Source of the DNA: Nitrospirota bacterium
Lineage (GTDB): Bacteria > Nitrospirota > UBA9217
Length of the DNA: 64,000 nt
NCBI GenBank assembly: GCA_963751455.1
Contig: CAVVUN010000002.1
Location: 256,001 to 320,000 of the forward strand
Reading direction: 5' to 3'
In this document: in pieces, positions 31,227 through 47,135 of the stretch
Layout of the letters: each line of letters begins with the position of its first letter
How positions within the stretch are numbered: the stretch's first letter is position 1
Program-made: the position numbers and the translations under genes
The notes under the pieces: model-generated
Seen by the model: the letters and a program-made list of their open reading frames with translations, nothing else
Database searches by the model: none
Told to the model about the DNA's origin: nothing

Positions 31227-33134
31227 ATGATCATTACGGATATTACTGAATTTCTCAAAAAAGTACCGCCCTTCCAGTTTTTAAGCGAGGCTGAGTTGAA
31301 AGGTATGGCTGAAATCATGTCCCTGGATTTTTATCCCCGCGATACGGTTATCCTGCGGCAGGGAGATGAGGCCAGCGACGCGCTCAGAATCATAAAGAAA
31401 GGCGGCGTCAAGGTTTCCCTGCGGAACGAGAGCGGTGAGGAAATGATGATCGATCACCGCGGAGAAGGGGACACCTTCGGGTTGATGTCCCTGATCGGCC
31501 ATGAAAAACAGAAGACGACGGTTACCGCGCTTGAAGATACGATTTGCTACCTGCTGGCGCGGGCGAAAATCCTGAAACTGATCGAGGAAAACCCGACATT
31601 CACCGAATATTTCCTGCAATCGCACTTCTCAAAATATATCGACAAGGTTTACCGCGAGATGCACAATAAGAGCCTTTTCTACGGCAGCAGCGACCACCTC
31701 CTGTTCACGACGCCGGTTGGAGATATCGCGACGAAAGAGGTCGTAACGGTCAGGGATGATGCGACCATCAAACAAGCCGCTCTCGAGATGTCAAAGCACC
31801 ACATCAGTTCATTGATCGTAATGGACGCGCACCACCTTCCGGCCGGCATCGTAACGGACCGGGACCTCCGCGAGAAGGTTGTGGCCCGGAGCCGGAGCGC
31901 CAACGACCCGGTCAGGGACATCATGTCCCTTCCGCTTGTGCGCGTGGACGTAAAGGACTACTGCTTCGAGGCCGTGCTCAAGATGATCAAGCACAACATC
32001 CATCACATCCTCGTAATCAAGGAAGGCAAGCTCAAGGGAGTGCTTACGAACCACGACCTCATGCTGCTGCAGGGAACTTCGCCGCTCTCGTTTGCAAAGG
32101 ACCTCGAGAGCCAGGACACTATCGAGGGACTCGTGCCGGTCTCGGTCAAGATCAACCGGGTTGTGGGGCTTCTCCTGAAGGAGGGCGCGCGGGCGAGCAA
32201 CATCACGAAGATCATAACCGAGCTGAACGACCGGCTCGTGCGCAAAGTGCTCCAGATCGCGGAAAAAAAGTTCGGCCGTTCACCGGTCCCTTTCTGCTGG
32301 ATTTCGTACGGAAGCGAAGGCAGGAAGGAACAGACGTTCAAGACAGACCAGGACAACGCGATTATCTATGCGGACCCGAAGTCATCCAAGCAGCAAGACG
32401 ATGCCCTCCTCTATTTCCCGGTGTTCGCACAGTTCGTACGAGACAGCCTGGTCAAGTGCGGGTTTCCCCTCTGCCCGGCAGACTATATGGCGAGCAACCC
32501 GAAGTGGTGTCAGCCGCTCTCGGCCTGGAAGAATTATTTCTCCGGATGGATTTCCCATCCGACGCCGGATGCCATCCTCAGGTCGCTCATCTTCTTCGAT
32601 TTCCGCCCGCTTTACTGCGATGAAGCGCTTGCAGAGGAACTGCGCTCCTTTCTCACAAGCCACCTGGCCGACCGCAACCTGTTCCTGGCCCATATGGCCG
32701 CGTCCATCACGAAGAACAGGCCGCCCCTCGGATTTTTCAAGACGTTCCTGGTGGAGAAAGACGGCGAACACAAGGACCAGCTGAACCTGAAGCAGCGGGG
32801 CATCGGCCCCCTCGTGGACATCGTGCGGCTCTTTGCTCTCGAGAAGGGAATCACAGAAACGTCCACGCTCGAGCGCATCGAGGCCTTGAAGGGGAAGCAC
32901 GCGACGATCGATTCCCTGGGTGACGAACTGGCGCAGGCCTTCGATTTCATCACGCTCCTGAGGATCCATAACCAGGTCGGGCAGTTGGAGCGGGGGGAAG
33001 CGCCCGATAACTTCATCACACCGGGCAGGCTGAGCAACCTTGAAAAGCGGATGCTGAAGGAATCGTTCCATGTCATATCGCAGGTCCAGGAAGGCATCAT
33101 CGACCAGTATGGTCCGGGAATGGTGGGAGGATGA
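31227..33134 (+). CDS. cNMP-binding/CBS/DUF294 nucleotidyltransferase-like protein
   Basis: cNMP domain, GIVTDRDLR CBS pair, GSEGRKEQTFKTDQDNA, FFDFR. Confidence 0.92.
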   Translation: MIITDITEFLKKVPPFQFLSEAELKGMAEIMSLDFYPRDTVILRQGDEASDALRIIKKGGVKVSLRNESGEEMMIDHRGEGDTFGLMSLIGHEKQKTTVTALEDTICYLLARAKILKLIEENPTFTEYFLQSHFSKYIDKVYREMHNKSLFYGSSDHLLFTTPVGDIATKEVVTVRDDATIKQAALEMSKHHISSLIVMDAHHLPAGIVTDRDLREKVVARSRSANDPVRDIMSLPLVRVDVKDYCFEAVLKMIKHNIHHILVIKEGKLKGVLTNHDLMLLQGTSPLSFAKDLESQDTIEGLVPVSVKINRVVGLLLKEGARASNITKIITELNDRLVRKVLQIAEKKFGRSPVPFCWISYGSEGRKEQTFKTDQDNAIIYADPKSSKQQDDALLYFPVFAQFVRDSLVKCGFPLCPADYMASNPKWCQPLSAWKNYFSGWISHPTPDAILRSLIFFDFRPLYCDEALAEELRSFLTSHLADRNLFLAHMAASITKNRPPLGFFKTFLVEKDGEHKDQLNLKQRGIGPLVDIVRLFALEKGITETSTLERIEALKGKHATIDSLGDELAQAFDFITLLRIHNQVGQLERGEAPDNFITPGRLSNLEKRMLKESFHVISQVQEGIIDQYGPGMVGG

Positions 33135-33811
33135 TGACTGTGCTGAGCATATTTCAGAGAAACGGGGCGAACCGGGCGGCTTGTGCCGGAGCCGGCATAG
33201 ATTTTTCAGGCCGGATCGAGGACGCCCGCTACATCGTCCTGGACTCCGAGCTTACCGGGCTCGAAGTGAAACACGACTCGATCGTTTCACTCGGCGCGAT
33301 CAGGATGGCCGGTCCCAGGATCATACTCGGGAAAACCTTCGACCGGCTGGTCAGTCCTGAAACGAAGCTTCGCCGTGAAAGCGTGCTCATTCATGGAATC
33401 ACTCCGTCGGAAGTCGAGGGAAAACCCGGCATCGACACGGTCCTGGACGAACTAATGGCGTTCTGCACAGGGTCCCTTCTCGTGGGGCATTTCATTTCGC
33501 TGGACCTTGCATTTCTGAACAGGGAACTCAAGCGGCTGCGCGGCCGGGAGCTTGATATCCCGGCAATCGACACGTGGCGTATCCACACATGGCTGCAGTA
33601 CCACAGGGATACCGCGGCCAGGCATTTCGGAGAGAACGGCGACAAGGACCTGTTTTCACTTGCCAGGAAGTATAACGTCCCGATCGCAAAGGCCCATGAT
33701 GCCTTGGGGGACGCCTTCATTACCGCCCAGCTTTTTCAGCGGTTCCTGAGCCTGCTGCCGGAACTCGGCGTAAGGACCGTAAAAGACCTGTTAGGAGTAG
33801 GCAAACCATAG
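33131..33811 (+). CDS. DEDDh 3'-5' exonuclease (PolC/DnaQ-like)
   Basis: VLDSELTGL, LVGH...D, HDALGDA. Confidence 0.9.
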   Translation: MMTVLSIFQRNGANRAACAGAGIDFSGRIEDARYIVLDSELTGLEVKHDSIVSLGAIRMAGPRIILGKTFDRLVSPETKLRRESVLIHGITPSEVEGKPGIDTVLDELMAFCTGSLLVGHFISLDLAFLNRELKRLRGRELDIPAIDTWRIHTWLQYHRDTAARHFGENGDKDLFSLARKYNVPIAKAHDALGDAFITAQLFQRFLSLLPELGVRTVKDLLGVGKP

Positions 33812-33894
33812 GGGGGGAGGTGAGAATAACATTTCTTTGTTCGGAGTTCAAAGTTGAGGTAAAACACGTATTCAAAAGATAAAGGAGGTTTCCA

Positions 33895-34179
33895 ATGGCT
33901 AAAGAGTTGCAAGGTCTGGACAGAGACAAGTTAAAGCAATACTGGGCAGTGAACGTAAGGCTCACAAGCATCATCATGGGAATCTGGTTTGTGGTCACCT
34001 ACGTGTGCTCGTTCTTTGCGCCGCAGCTGAACAACATCGTGATTCTCGGTTTCCCCTTCGGCTATTACATGGGCGCCCAGGGATCCCTGATCATCTTCGT
34101 CATACTCATCTTCTGGTACGCCTTCAAGATGAACGCGGCTGACAAGGAATTCGGCGTGGAAGAAGAGGAGGAGGAATAA
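33895..34179 (+). CDS. DUF4212 solute symporter small subunit
   Basis: YW..N, GFPFGYYMGAQGS. Confidence 0.88.
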   Translation: MAKELQGLDRDKLKQYWAVNVRLTSIIMGIWFVVTYVCSFFAPQLNNIVILGFPFGYYMGAQGSLIIFVILIFWYAFKMNAADKEFGVEEEEEE

Positions 34180-36180
34180 ATGGCAAAATCAAAAGGTTCC
34201 TTTCTGGACAACCTGGGAAAGATCTATGGGATATATACGGTTAGTTTCATCGTCTTCGTGATCCTGCTCGGGTTCGCCGAGAAGTTCTTCGGCATGCCGC
34301 CGAAGGTGATCGGCTACGTGTATATGGGCGTAACCATCGGTCTGTATGCATTCATCGGCATTATCTCGAGGACTGCGAAGGTCTCGGAATATTATGTGGC
34401 GGGCCGTTCGGTGCCCGCGTTCTTCAACGGCATGGCAACAGGCTCGGACTGGATGTCCGCTGCCTCGTTCATAGGCATGGCGGGCACGATCTACGGCCTC
34501 GGCTATGACGGCCTCGCCTACATCATGGGCTGGACCGGCGGCTATGTGCTGCTCGCCGTGTTCCTTGGCCCGTACCTCAGGAAGTTCGGACAGTACACTA
34601 TCCCCGACTTCCTCGGCGCGCGTTTCGGCGGAAACGCCGCCCGCAGCATCGGCATCGTCGCAGCCATTACCGCGTCCTTCACGTACCTGATCGCCCAGGT
34701 TACGGGCGTGGGCATCATCATGTCACGCTTCCTGAACCTTGACTTCGGCGTCGGCGTCTTCGTGGGCCTCGCCGGCATCCTGGTATGTTCCATGCTCGGC
34801 GGCATGAAGGCCGTTACCTGGACCCAGGTGGCGCAGTACATCATCCTGATCGTGGCTTACCTGATCCCGCCTACGGTTATGGCTTACAAGACCACCGGCA
34901 ATCCGATCCCTGAAATCGCCTATGGACAGATCCTCCAGCGGATCGATGCAAAGGAAAAGGTGATCAACGCGGATCCGAAGGAGCAGCAGGTCATGGGGCT
35001 CTGGAAAGATGAAGCCGCGAAACTGGACGCGGACATCAAAGGGCTGCCTGCGAGTCTCGACCAGAAGAGGGCTGACTTGAACGCCAAAATCACGGCTGCT
35101 GCAACGCCGGCCGACAAAGAAGCTGCGGAAAAAGCCCTGAACGCGCTTCCGGCAACTCCTGAACTTGCAAAAGAGAAGTGGGACACTGCAAAGAAAGCCG
35201 CAGTCGGCAAATCAAAGCCGATAAAGCCGTATCTCGAGCCGTTTGCTCGGCTTGATGCAAAGAACATGCTGGCGCTTACCTTCTGCCTCATGGTGGGCAC
35301 AGCGGGCCTGCCCCATATCCTGATGCGGTATTACACCGTGCCCTCCGTCAAGCAGGCGCGCATGTCCGTGGGCTGGTCTCTGTTCTTCATATTCCTGCTC
35401 TACTTCACGGCCCCGGCTGTGGCTGCATTCGCTCGAAACGAGGTGTTGAGCAACGTGATCGGCCTTCCGATTGCCCAGCTGCCGGCCTGGATGGCCAACT
35501 GGGGCAAGGTCGGCCTCGTGGCATTCAAGGACATCAATGCCGACGGGATGCTGCAGTTCTATGAGCTCACGATAGGCGCAGACGCTATCGTTCTGGCCAT
35601 GCCGGAAATTGCGGGTCTCCCGTACGTGATCTCCGGACTCGTTGCAGCAGGCGGTCTGGCCGCGGCCCTGTCAACGGCCGACGGTCTCCTGCTCACGATC
35701 TCGAACGCGCTGTCTCATGACCTGTACTACAAGATGATAGACAAGAACGCTTCGATCACCAGGCGTCTTGCTATCTCGCGCACGCTGCTCGTGGTCACGG
35801 CGCTTATCGCCGCCTATGTTGCCACGTTCAAGCTCACGATCATCGTGGAACTCGTGGCCTGGGCATTCTCGATCGCCGCGGCCTCGTTCTTCCCGGCGCT
35901 GGTTATGGGCATCTGGGACAAGCGGTCAAACAAGGCCGGGGCTTTGGCCGGTATGTGGATCGGATTCCTGTCCTGCGTCATCTACATGGTCGGGAGCCGG
36001 TTCTATGGTCTCGACATCTGGGGCATCAAGACAATTTCGTCGGGCCTGTTCGGCATTCCGCTCGGGTTCATCACGATCTTCGTGGTGTCTCGCATGACGG
36101 AACCGCCGAGCCACGAACTGCAGGAGTTTGTCGAGAGCGTCCGCATTCCGAAAGGCGCATCTCAGTCAGCTGCAGAATAA
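34180..36180 (+). CDS. Sodium:solute symporter (VC_2705/ActP-like)
   Basis: [41 protein letters not shown]. Confidence 0.92.
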   Translation: MAKSKGSFLDNLGKIYGIYTVSFIVFVILLGFAEKFFGMPPKVIGYVYMGVTIGLYAFIGIISRTAKVSEYYVAGRSVPAFFNGMATGSDWMSAASFIGMAGTIYGLGYDGLAYIMGWTGGYVLLAVFLGPYLRKFGQYTIPDFLGARFGGNAARSIGIVAAITASFTYLIAQVTGVGIIMSRFLNLDFGVGVFVGLAGILVCSMLGGMKAVTWTQVAQYIILIVAYLIPPTVMAYKTTGNPIPEIAYGQILQRIDAKEKVINADPKEQQVMGLWKDEAAKLDADIKGLPASLDQKRADLNAKITAAATPADKEAAEKALNALPATPELAKEKWDTAKKAAVGKSKPIKPYLEPFARLDAKNMLALTFCLMVGTAGLPHILMRYYTVPSVKQARMSVGWSLFFIFLLYFTAPAVAAFARNEVLSNVIGLPIAQLPAWMANWGKVGLVAFKDINADGMLQFYELTIGADAIVLAMPEIAGLPYVISGLVAAGGLAAALSTADGLLLTISNALSHDLYYKMIDKNASITRRLAISRTLLVVTALIAAYVATFKLTIIVELVAWAFSIAAASFFPALVMGIWDKRSNKAGALAGMWIGFLSCVIYMVGSRFYGLDIWGIKTISSGLFGIPLGFITIFVVSRMTEPPSHELQEFVESVRIPKGASQSAAE

Positions 36181-36202
36181 TAATAACCAAAATATATTTT
36201 TC

Positions 36203-36237
36203 CCGGCGGCGGGATTTATTCCCGCCGCTCCTTTTTA
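36203..36237 (+). terminator. Intrinsic terminator
   Basis: GCGGCGGGA-TTTAT-TCCCGCCGC followed by a T-run. Confidence 0.65.
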
Positions 36238-36351
36238 GTGACAGACACGTAAAATTCCTTTAATATGGATGCTCGGTTTCCGGTTGTGCATTTATCCCTG
36301 AGCGGCAAAGCGATGTGGGTTATACATTTTAGCACCCTTGCCCGGAGTTAG

Positions 36352-36630
36352 GTGAATATGACAATATATATAATACAATTTATCAATTACACGTTATCAT
36401 TCTTCATGTGGATGATCCTCGGGAGAGTCCTTACCGCGCTTATGCTCGGAGACCGCGACAATGTCATCATGGGTATGTTCCGCAAGGTCACGGACCCCGT
36501 CTACCGGGTCACGAAAACAATAATGCCGTTTGCAAAAGAAGGCTGGCTTCCTTTTTTATCGATCGTCATTATTATTATTCTGAGATTATTGCTTATCATA
36601 CTGTCAAGCCCCACCGGGGTTCAGAAATAA
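36352..36630 (+). CDS. YggT-like small membrane protein
   Basis: Hydrophobic; FRKVTDPVY motif. Confidence 0.7.
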   Translation: MNMTIYIIQFINYTLSFFMWMILGRVLTALMLGDRDNVIMGMFRKVTDPVYRVTKTIMPFAKEGWLPFLSIVIIIILRLLLIILSSPTGVQK

Positions 36631-36657
36631 AAAACTATATTTCGGGAGGAAGATTTC

Positions 36658-38631
<1,974 letters not shown>

Positions 38632-38762
38632 CAGGCTGTTGAAAAAGTTGTTGGAGTGGTTCGACAGGCTCACCATGAACGGATAAAAACAAATGATTTC
38701 AAGGTTCCCTCCGTTCGCCCTGAGCCTGTCGAAGGGTGAGCGGAGGGTTTTTCAACAGCCTG
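38632..38762. mobile_element. MITE inserted at the acs stop codon, TSD TTAG
   Basis: TTAG|CAGGCTGTTGAAAAA ... TTTTTCAACAGCCTG|TTAG, perfect 15-bp TIR; TTCGAC/GTCGAA core. Confidence 0.87.
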
Positions 38763-38816
38763 TTAGTAAATCAGGCAAACTATCATCCTCAACCAGAGCA
38801 GCTGATTTCCCCCTTT

Positions 38817-38850
38817 AGGGGCTGGAATTTTCCAGCCCCTTTCTTTTTTC
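38817..38850 (+). terminator. Intrinsic terminator after acs1
   Basis: GGGGCTGGAA-TT-TTCCAGCCCC plus T-run; same hairpin after acs2. Confidence 0.8.
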
Positions 38851-39038
38851 ATTTTTCTTTCCGGCCGAAACTCTAAAAATTCTGCTTAAGGGATAGAACT
38901 GTTCGATTTGTGTATATAGTTGCTATAAAATGCAAATGTTTTATTGTAATCCGAAAGAATTCTCATTAAATATTACTTTTAGTAACGAAAAATGATTGCA
39001 AATTAATATAACTTATCGATTTTTTTGTAGAAAAAAAT

Positions 39039-39054
39039 CGGCATTAATATTGCT
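39039..39054 (+). promoter_or_regulatory. Putative sigma54 promoter, acetate cassette 2
   Basis: CGGCAT-TAATA-TTGCT (GG-N10-GC). Confidence 0.55.
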
Positions 39055-39178
39055 AAGCGTTTACGTATATAGCTAAATAAAAGTACATTGTGTCTCTTTA
39101 TGCACCGTTGTCCGCCTCCCGCTTCCAGCAGGGAACGGACGTATTGAAATCTCTTCTTATGTTTATGAGAGAAAGCCA

Positions 39179-41081
39179 ATGTTACAGGACCAGGTCACAG
39201 AATTCCTAAAAAAAGTCCCTCCTTTCCAATTCCTCGATGATCAGATCCTAACGACTGTCGCAAGGAACCTTTCAATGGAGTTCTATCCGAAAGGAACCAT
39301 AATCCTTAAGCAGGATGGTCAACCATCAAATTCCCTCCAGATCATAAAGAAAGGCGGGGTGCGCCTTTCCATAAAATCCAAGGACGGTGACGACGTTGTC
39401 ATCGATTACCGGGGCGAGGGTGAGACGTTCGGCCTCGTGTCCCTGATGGGCAAGGACCGGCAAAAAACCACTATTGCCGCCGTCGATGACACCATCTGTT
39501 ATCTCCTGAACAAGGAAACAGTCTACCGCCTCATCGATCAGCATCCCTCGTTCACGGAGTACCTGCTGCAGTCCCATTTTACAAAATATATAGAGAAGAC
39601 CTACACCGAGATGCATTCGAAGAGCCTGTTCTACGGAAGCAGCGACCATGTTCTCTTTACGACCAGGATCGGGGACATCGCGGGAAAGGGCGTCGTGACC
39701 GTGGCTGAAGACAATTCCATCCAGGAAGCGGCCCGCGAGATGGTAAAGAACAGGATAAGTTCCCTCATTGTAGTAGACCGGAGCGGTCTTCCGACCGGCA
39801 TTCTGACAGACCGCGATCTCCGTGAAAAAGTCGTGGCGCAGGGGAGGAGCGTCAATGATCTGGTACGCGACGTGATGAATATTCCGCTCATCCGGGTGGA
39901 CGCCAGGGACTACTGTTTCGAGGCGGTGCTCAGGATGATCAAGCACAATATCCATCATATCGTGGTCATAAAGGACGGAGCTCTCCAGGGCGTTCTCACA
40001 AACCACGATCTGATGGTGCTGCAGGGCACCTCCCCGCTCTCGTTTGCAAAAGACCTGGAGAGCCAGCACACCATTGAAGGGCTCATTCCGGTATCAACAA
40101 AAATCAACCGGGTCGTGGGCCTCCTGCTCAAGGACGGCGCCCGGGCAGGCAACATCACGAAGGTCCTTACCGAGCTGAACGACAGGCTTGTAAGGAAGGT
40201 GCTCGAAATCGCGGAGAAGAAAATGGGCACCCCTCCGGTCCCGTACTGCTGGGTCGCGTTCGGGAGTGAGGGCCGGAAAGAGCAGACCTTCAAGACGGAC
40301 CAGGACAACGCCATCATTTACGCGGATCCCGCCAGCGCCGGGGAAGAGGAAGCTGCCAGGGAATACTTCTCGCAATTTTCTGCCGTCGTTCAGAAAAACC
40401 TCATCCTCTGCGGCTTCCCGCTTTGTCCTGCCGGTTATATGGCGAACAATATCAGGTGGCGTCAGCCGCTCTCGATCTGGAAGAAGTATTTCTCATCCTG
40501 GGTGGCCGAACCTACAGCGGAGGCAATCCTGCATGCGCTTATCTTTTTCGACTTCAGGCCGGTATACGGCCATATCCGGCTTGCAGACCAGCTGCGGGAG
40601 CACCTTTTCAGCATACTGAAAGATCAAAAGGTCTTTTTCGGGCATCTTGCAAATGCAGCAGTCCAGAACGAGCCGCCCATGGGATTTTTCAAGACCCTGG
40701 TTGTAGATAAGAGCGGGGAGCACAAGGACGAGCTTAACCTCAAGGTGAAGGGCATTGCGCCCCTTGTCGATATCATACGGCTGTTCGCGCTTGAGAAGGG
40801 CGTGAGGGAAACCTCCACCCTGGAACGAATAGAGGAATTGCGGTCGAACCATACGATAATCGAAGAATACGCAGATGAGCTTACAAACTCGTTTGACTTT
40901 ATCATGCTGCTCCGGATTCATAACCAGTTCGGACAGATCCAGGCGGGAAAGGCACCCGGCAATTTTATAAACCCGGCAAGATTGAGCAACCTTGAGAAAC
41001 GGACGATGAAGGACGCATTCAGCCTGATCTCGAAGATGCAGAGACATCATCATCGAAATGTACAAGCACATGATCCTGTAA
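39179..41081 (+). CDS. cNMP/CBS/DUF294 protein, paralog 2 (frameshift near 41045)
   Basis: Closely similar to 31227-33134 throughout. Confidence 0.9.
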
Positions 41082-41093
41082 GGGTGCAGGGCA

Positions 41094-41801
41094 ATGGGAA
41101 GACTTCTGAATTTCGGACGTGAGAAAAAAGATCCGGGCTCCGATTACGGCAGCCAGCTCGGCGACGCGTCTTTCGTAGTAATCGATACCGAGCTGACGGG
41201 CCTGAACGAAACAAAAGACTCGATCGTCTCTTTCGGCGCAGTCCGGATGGTCGGCGGCCGGATTTCCCTGGGCGATTCCTTTTACAGGATGGTCAAGCCG
41301 AAAGCAGCCCTGACGAGGGAGAGCGTTGTGATTCACGGCATCATGCCGTGCGATCTCGTTCATGAAGCGGACAGTGCCGCGGTACTCTCCGAATTCAGGG
41401 CCTTTTGCGGGAACGACATCCTGGTCGGCCACTGTATCGAGATCGATCTGGCTTTTATTACCCGGGAATTGGACCAGGAACTGGGCCGGCGCCTCGGAAA
41501 CCGGATCGTCGATACCGCGGCATTGTACGGGTGGATCGCCGGCCGGGGCCTGCTGGACCGCGGTTTTCAGTCTCCATCATCGAGGGCGGACCTGTACAGG
41601 ATGGCCCGCTGTTTTGACATCCAGGTCGTGGAAATACATCACGCGCTGGCGGACGCATTCATAACCGCGCAGCTGTTCCAGCGTTTTCTACCCCTGCTCA
41701 AAGAGGAGGGGATCGTTACGATGGGCGACCTTGTGCGAATCGGGAACCCGAACAGAGGAGGTGATCGCTTCAGAGCAACCGGTGATTTCAGCAATTTTTG
41801 A
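41094..41801 (+). CDS. DEDDh 3'-5' exonuclease, paralog 2
   Basis: VIDTELTGL, HHALADA. Confidence 0.9.
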   Translation: MGRLLNFGREKKDPGSDYGSQLGDASFVVIDTELTGLNETKDSIVSFGAVRMVGGRISLGDSFYRMVKPKAALTRESVVIHGIMPCDLVHEADSAAVLSEFRAFCGNDILVGHCIEIDLAFITRELDQELGRRLGNRIVDTAALYGWIAGRGLLDRGFQSPSSRADLYRMARCFDIQVVEIHHALADAFITAQLFQRFLPLLKEEGIVTMGDLVRIGNPNRGGDRFRATGDFSNF

Positions 41802-41807
41802 AGCTAA

Positions 41808-41910
41808 GTGACTATCAGGTCAGCCACTTCGCTTCATCCATGGCGCGCATAGCGCGGCATTGCAGGTAAATCACATGCGCCTGTGCTCGGCGGCAGACCT
41901 GAACAGTTAT
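41808..41910. repeat. Small inverted-repeat element
   Basis: GTGACTATCAGGTCAGCC ... GGCAGACCTGAACAGTTAT imperfect inverted ends. Confidence 0.55.
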
Positions 41911-41935
41911 AAATAAAAATAAAAGGAGGGGACAA

Positions 41936-42247
41936 ATGAGTAAATTAAGAAAGGAAGATATTCTGAATGACCCGGATTTCAAACAGTTGTCCAGTCAGAA
42001 GAACACCATATCGATCATTCTGACGATACTGGAACTGGTGCTCTATTTCGGCTTTATCGGTCTGATTGCGTACAACAAACCGTTCCTGGCTCAAAAAATG
42101 AGCGAGGGCGGCGCAGCCACGATCGGGATCCCGATCGCCGTCGGAACGATCCTGCTTTCGTGGGTTTTTACCGGCATCTACATCTGGTGGGCGAATGCGA
42201 AGTACGACGAGCTGGTTAAAAGAGTCAAAGAAAAGGTAGGAGGCTAA
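41936..42247 (+). CDS. DUF485 (YjcH-like) membrane protein
   Basis: [22 protein letters not shown]; precedes actP. Confidence 0.88.
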   Translation: MSKLRKEDILNDPDFKQLSSQKNTISIILTILELVLYFGFIGLIAYNKPFLAQKMSEGGAATIGIPIAVGTILLSWVFTGIYIWWANAKYDELVKRVKEKVGG

Positions 42248-42248
42248 T

Positions 42249-44019
42249 ATGCATCAGACCATAATCGGACAAACAAACCCTATAGCAGTCATGTTCTTTA
42301 TTGCGTTCGTTATCTCCACGCTCGGCATCACCTGGTGGGCGGCAAAGCGGACGAAGACCACGAAAGATTTCTATGCCGCGGGAAGAAGCATCACCGGTTT
42401 CCAGAACGGCCTTGCCCTCGCGGGCGACTATATGAGCGCCGCCTCGTTCCTCGGAATCGCCGGCCTGGTCTCGACCAAGGGGTATGACGGCCTGATCTAT
42501 TCCGTGGGCTGGCTCGTGGGATGGCCCATCATCATGTTCCTGATCTCGGAACCGCTCCGGAACCTCGGCAAATACACCTTTGCGGACGTGGTTGCTTTCC
42601 GGCTGCAGCAGCGGCCTATTCGCGCCGCCGCCGCCGCAGGCTCCATCGTGGTCGTTCTCACGTATCTGATCGCGCAGATGGTCGGGGCCGGCACTTTGAT
42701 CAAGCTCATGTTCGGCCTTCCGTTTGAACTCGCGATCGTGGTGACCGGAGCGCTCATGATCTGCTATGTGCTCTTCGGCGGCATGATCGCGACCACCTGG
42801 GTCCAGATCATCAAGGCGGGCCTGCTCCTGGGCGGGGCAACGCTGCTGGTGATCCTGACCCTCGGCAAGTTCGGGTTCAGCTACGGCGAGTTGTTCAGCC
42901 AGGCCGCAGTGGCCACGCCGCTAGGGCAAAAATTCCTCGAACCGGGCGGTCTGGTCACCAGCCCGATTGACGCGTTTTCACTCGGGACTCGCCCTTATGT
43001 TCGGGACCGCCGGCCTTCCGCACATCCTGATGCGGTTCTACACGGTGCCTGACGCAAAAGAGGCGCGCAAGTCCGTGTTCTACGCAACAGGGTTTATCGG
43101 CTACTTCTACATTCTTACGGTGACGATCGGCTTCGGCGCCGCAGTGCTCGTCGGTCAGAAAGTCATCATGGGTATCGACGCAGGCGGCAATATGGCCGGT
43201 CCGCTCCTCGCAGAGGCGCTCGGCGGCAACATTTTCCTGGGCTTCCTGTCGGCCGTTGCGTTTGCAACGATCCTTGCCGTGGTTTCCGGCCTTACCCTTG
43301 CGGGCGCATCAGCGCTTTCGCACGACCTGTACGTAGGCGTGATCCGCCGCGGTGTTGCCAATGAGAAGGAAGAGGTGAAGGTGGCGAAAATTGCGACCGT
43401 CGGCCTCGGCGCATTGGCAATCATGCTCGGCATCCTGTTCAAGGGACAGAACGTCGCGTTCCTCGTCGGCCTCACCTTTGCAATCGCGGCCAGCGCGAAC
43501 TTCCCGGCGCTGCTCATGTCGATCATGTGGAAGAAGTTCACGACTGCGGGCGCAGTCACGAGCATTTACACCGGCCTTGCCGTTGCCGTCGTGCTCCTCA
43601 TCCTGAGTCCCACTGTGTGGGTAGACATCGTGCAGAAGGACGCCAAGGCAAAGGTTACGGCTCAGATCAAGGAGATCGACACCGCAGCAGCGAGCGCGGA
43701 TACCCGTATCGCGGAGCTCCAGAAGCAGATGACGAGCGGCTGCGAATCTGACTAAGGCACGATATCGCCAGAAACCAGGCGACCCAGGCCGCGATCGCGA
43801 CAAGCCAGCAGGAGAAGGAACAGCTTGCGGCGAAGAAGAAGGACGCAACGGCGAGCTATGCCGAAGGCCATCTTCCCGCTCAAGAATCCCGGCATCTACT
43901 CCATGGCTGCGGCGTTCCTGGTCGGCATCCTCGCGTCGCTGCTTGCTCCTGACAAGGCATCCCAGGAGAAATTCGCGGATGAGAAGGTCAGGGAGTACAT
44001 CGGCATCGGAGCGGAATAG
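42249..44019 (+). CDS. actP: Cation/acetate symporter ActP (frameshifts near 42980 and 43740-43850)
   Basis: [49 protein letters not shown]. Confidence 0.88.
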
Positions 44020-44068
44020 AGCACACAGAATCCAATAAACAATCTTTCTGAAGGGGAGGGATATTTGA

Positions 44069-46048
<1,980 letters not shown>

Positions 46049-46094
46049 CTGAAGCATTTTCTTCCTTACACAGTGCACTTGATTTCCCCCTTTC

Positions 46095-46124
46095 GGGGCT
46101 GGAATTTTCCAGCCCCTTTTTTTT
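46095..46124 (+). terminator. Intrinsic terminator after acs2
   Basis: GGGGCTGGAATTTTCCAGCCCC plus long T-run. Confidence 0.82.
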
Positions 46125-46404
46125 ATGGATCTTAAAAAAAGCGATCGGACGGTTCAGCCTGTTCCTCTATAAAAAACTACATTATAACGAACCGGCTTTA
46201 ATTTTCCGGATCATCACATGCGGTCCAGGCTTCCTGTTCTTTTGAGGGCCGATCTCCGGCGGCTAACGGCTTGACTGCTTTTAGAGCCTTGACACGGACA
46301 GCACCGTGAACGTATACTTAAGAACGGACGATTTCCGCGGCTGGTTATGCAGTTCTTTTTCCCTTTGGGCATTTCTGACGTTCATTCCCGTAAGGAGACA
46401 TCCC

Positions 46405-46993
46405 ATGAAACGAATTGCGCTCATTCTCCTACTCCTGCTCTTTGCAGTTCAAGCCCCGGCCCAGGAAAAGCGGTACCCGATTTCTCCCGGCGACTCTCCT
46501 TCCCTTGGCCCTATCGACGCCCCGGTCACGATCATCGAATTCATCGACTTCCAATGACCGCATTGCGTGGCGGCTGGTCCGACCGTCAAAAAAATCATGG
46601 ATACCTACAAGGGAAAAGTAAGGCTCGTGATCAAGAATTATCCGTATGTATACCGCGACTACTCGCACCTGGCAGCGGAGGCCTCACTGGCAGCGCGCGA
46701 CCAGGGCAAGTACTGGGAGATGCACGATCTCCTGCTCACGAGGTCCCCGAAACTCGATCGTGAAAGTCTTATCCGGTATGCCGGTGAGCTCGGACTCGAC
46801 GTGAAAAAATTCAGTGAATCGATTGACGGAAAAAAGCATACTGCTTGAAATCGAGCGGGATAAAAAACTGGCAGTCGATATGGACCTGTTCAACACTCCC
46901 ACTATTTTCATCAATGGAAGAAAGGTCGTGGGGGAGCGGCCGTTCGGCGCTTATAAAAAGATCATAGACGAGGAACTGAAGGCAGTGCGTTAA
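46405..46993 (+). CDS. DsbA/DsbG-like thioredoxin-fold selenoprotein (UxxC; frameshift near 46840)
   Basis: Signal peptide, APVTIIEFIDFQ-TGA-PHC, FWEMHD-like YWEMHD, cis-Pro NTPTIFINGR; SECIS-like stem after TGA. Confidence 0.85.
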
Positions 46994-47135
46994 TTTCGGA
47001 TTGCGGATGGTTCGACTTCGCTCACCATCATGAGCTTGTCGAATGATTTCGGATTGCGGAATACAATAGAAACCTAAAGAACTTATAAACCCTTTTTGCC
47101 AAAGAGGGGCCGCAATTGCAGGAGGGCGGCAATAC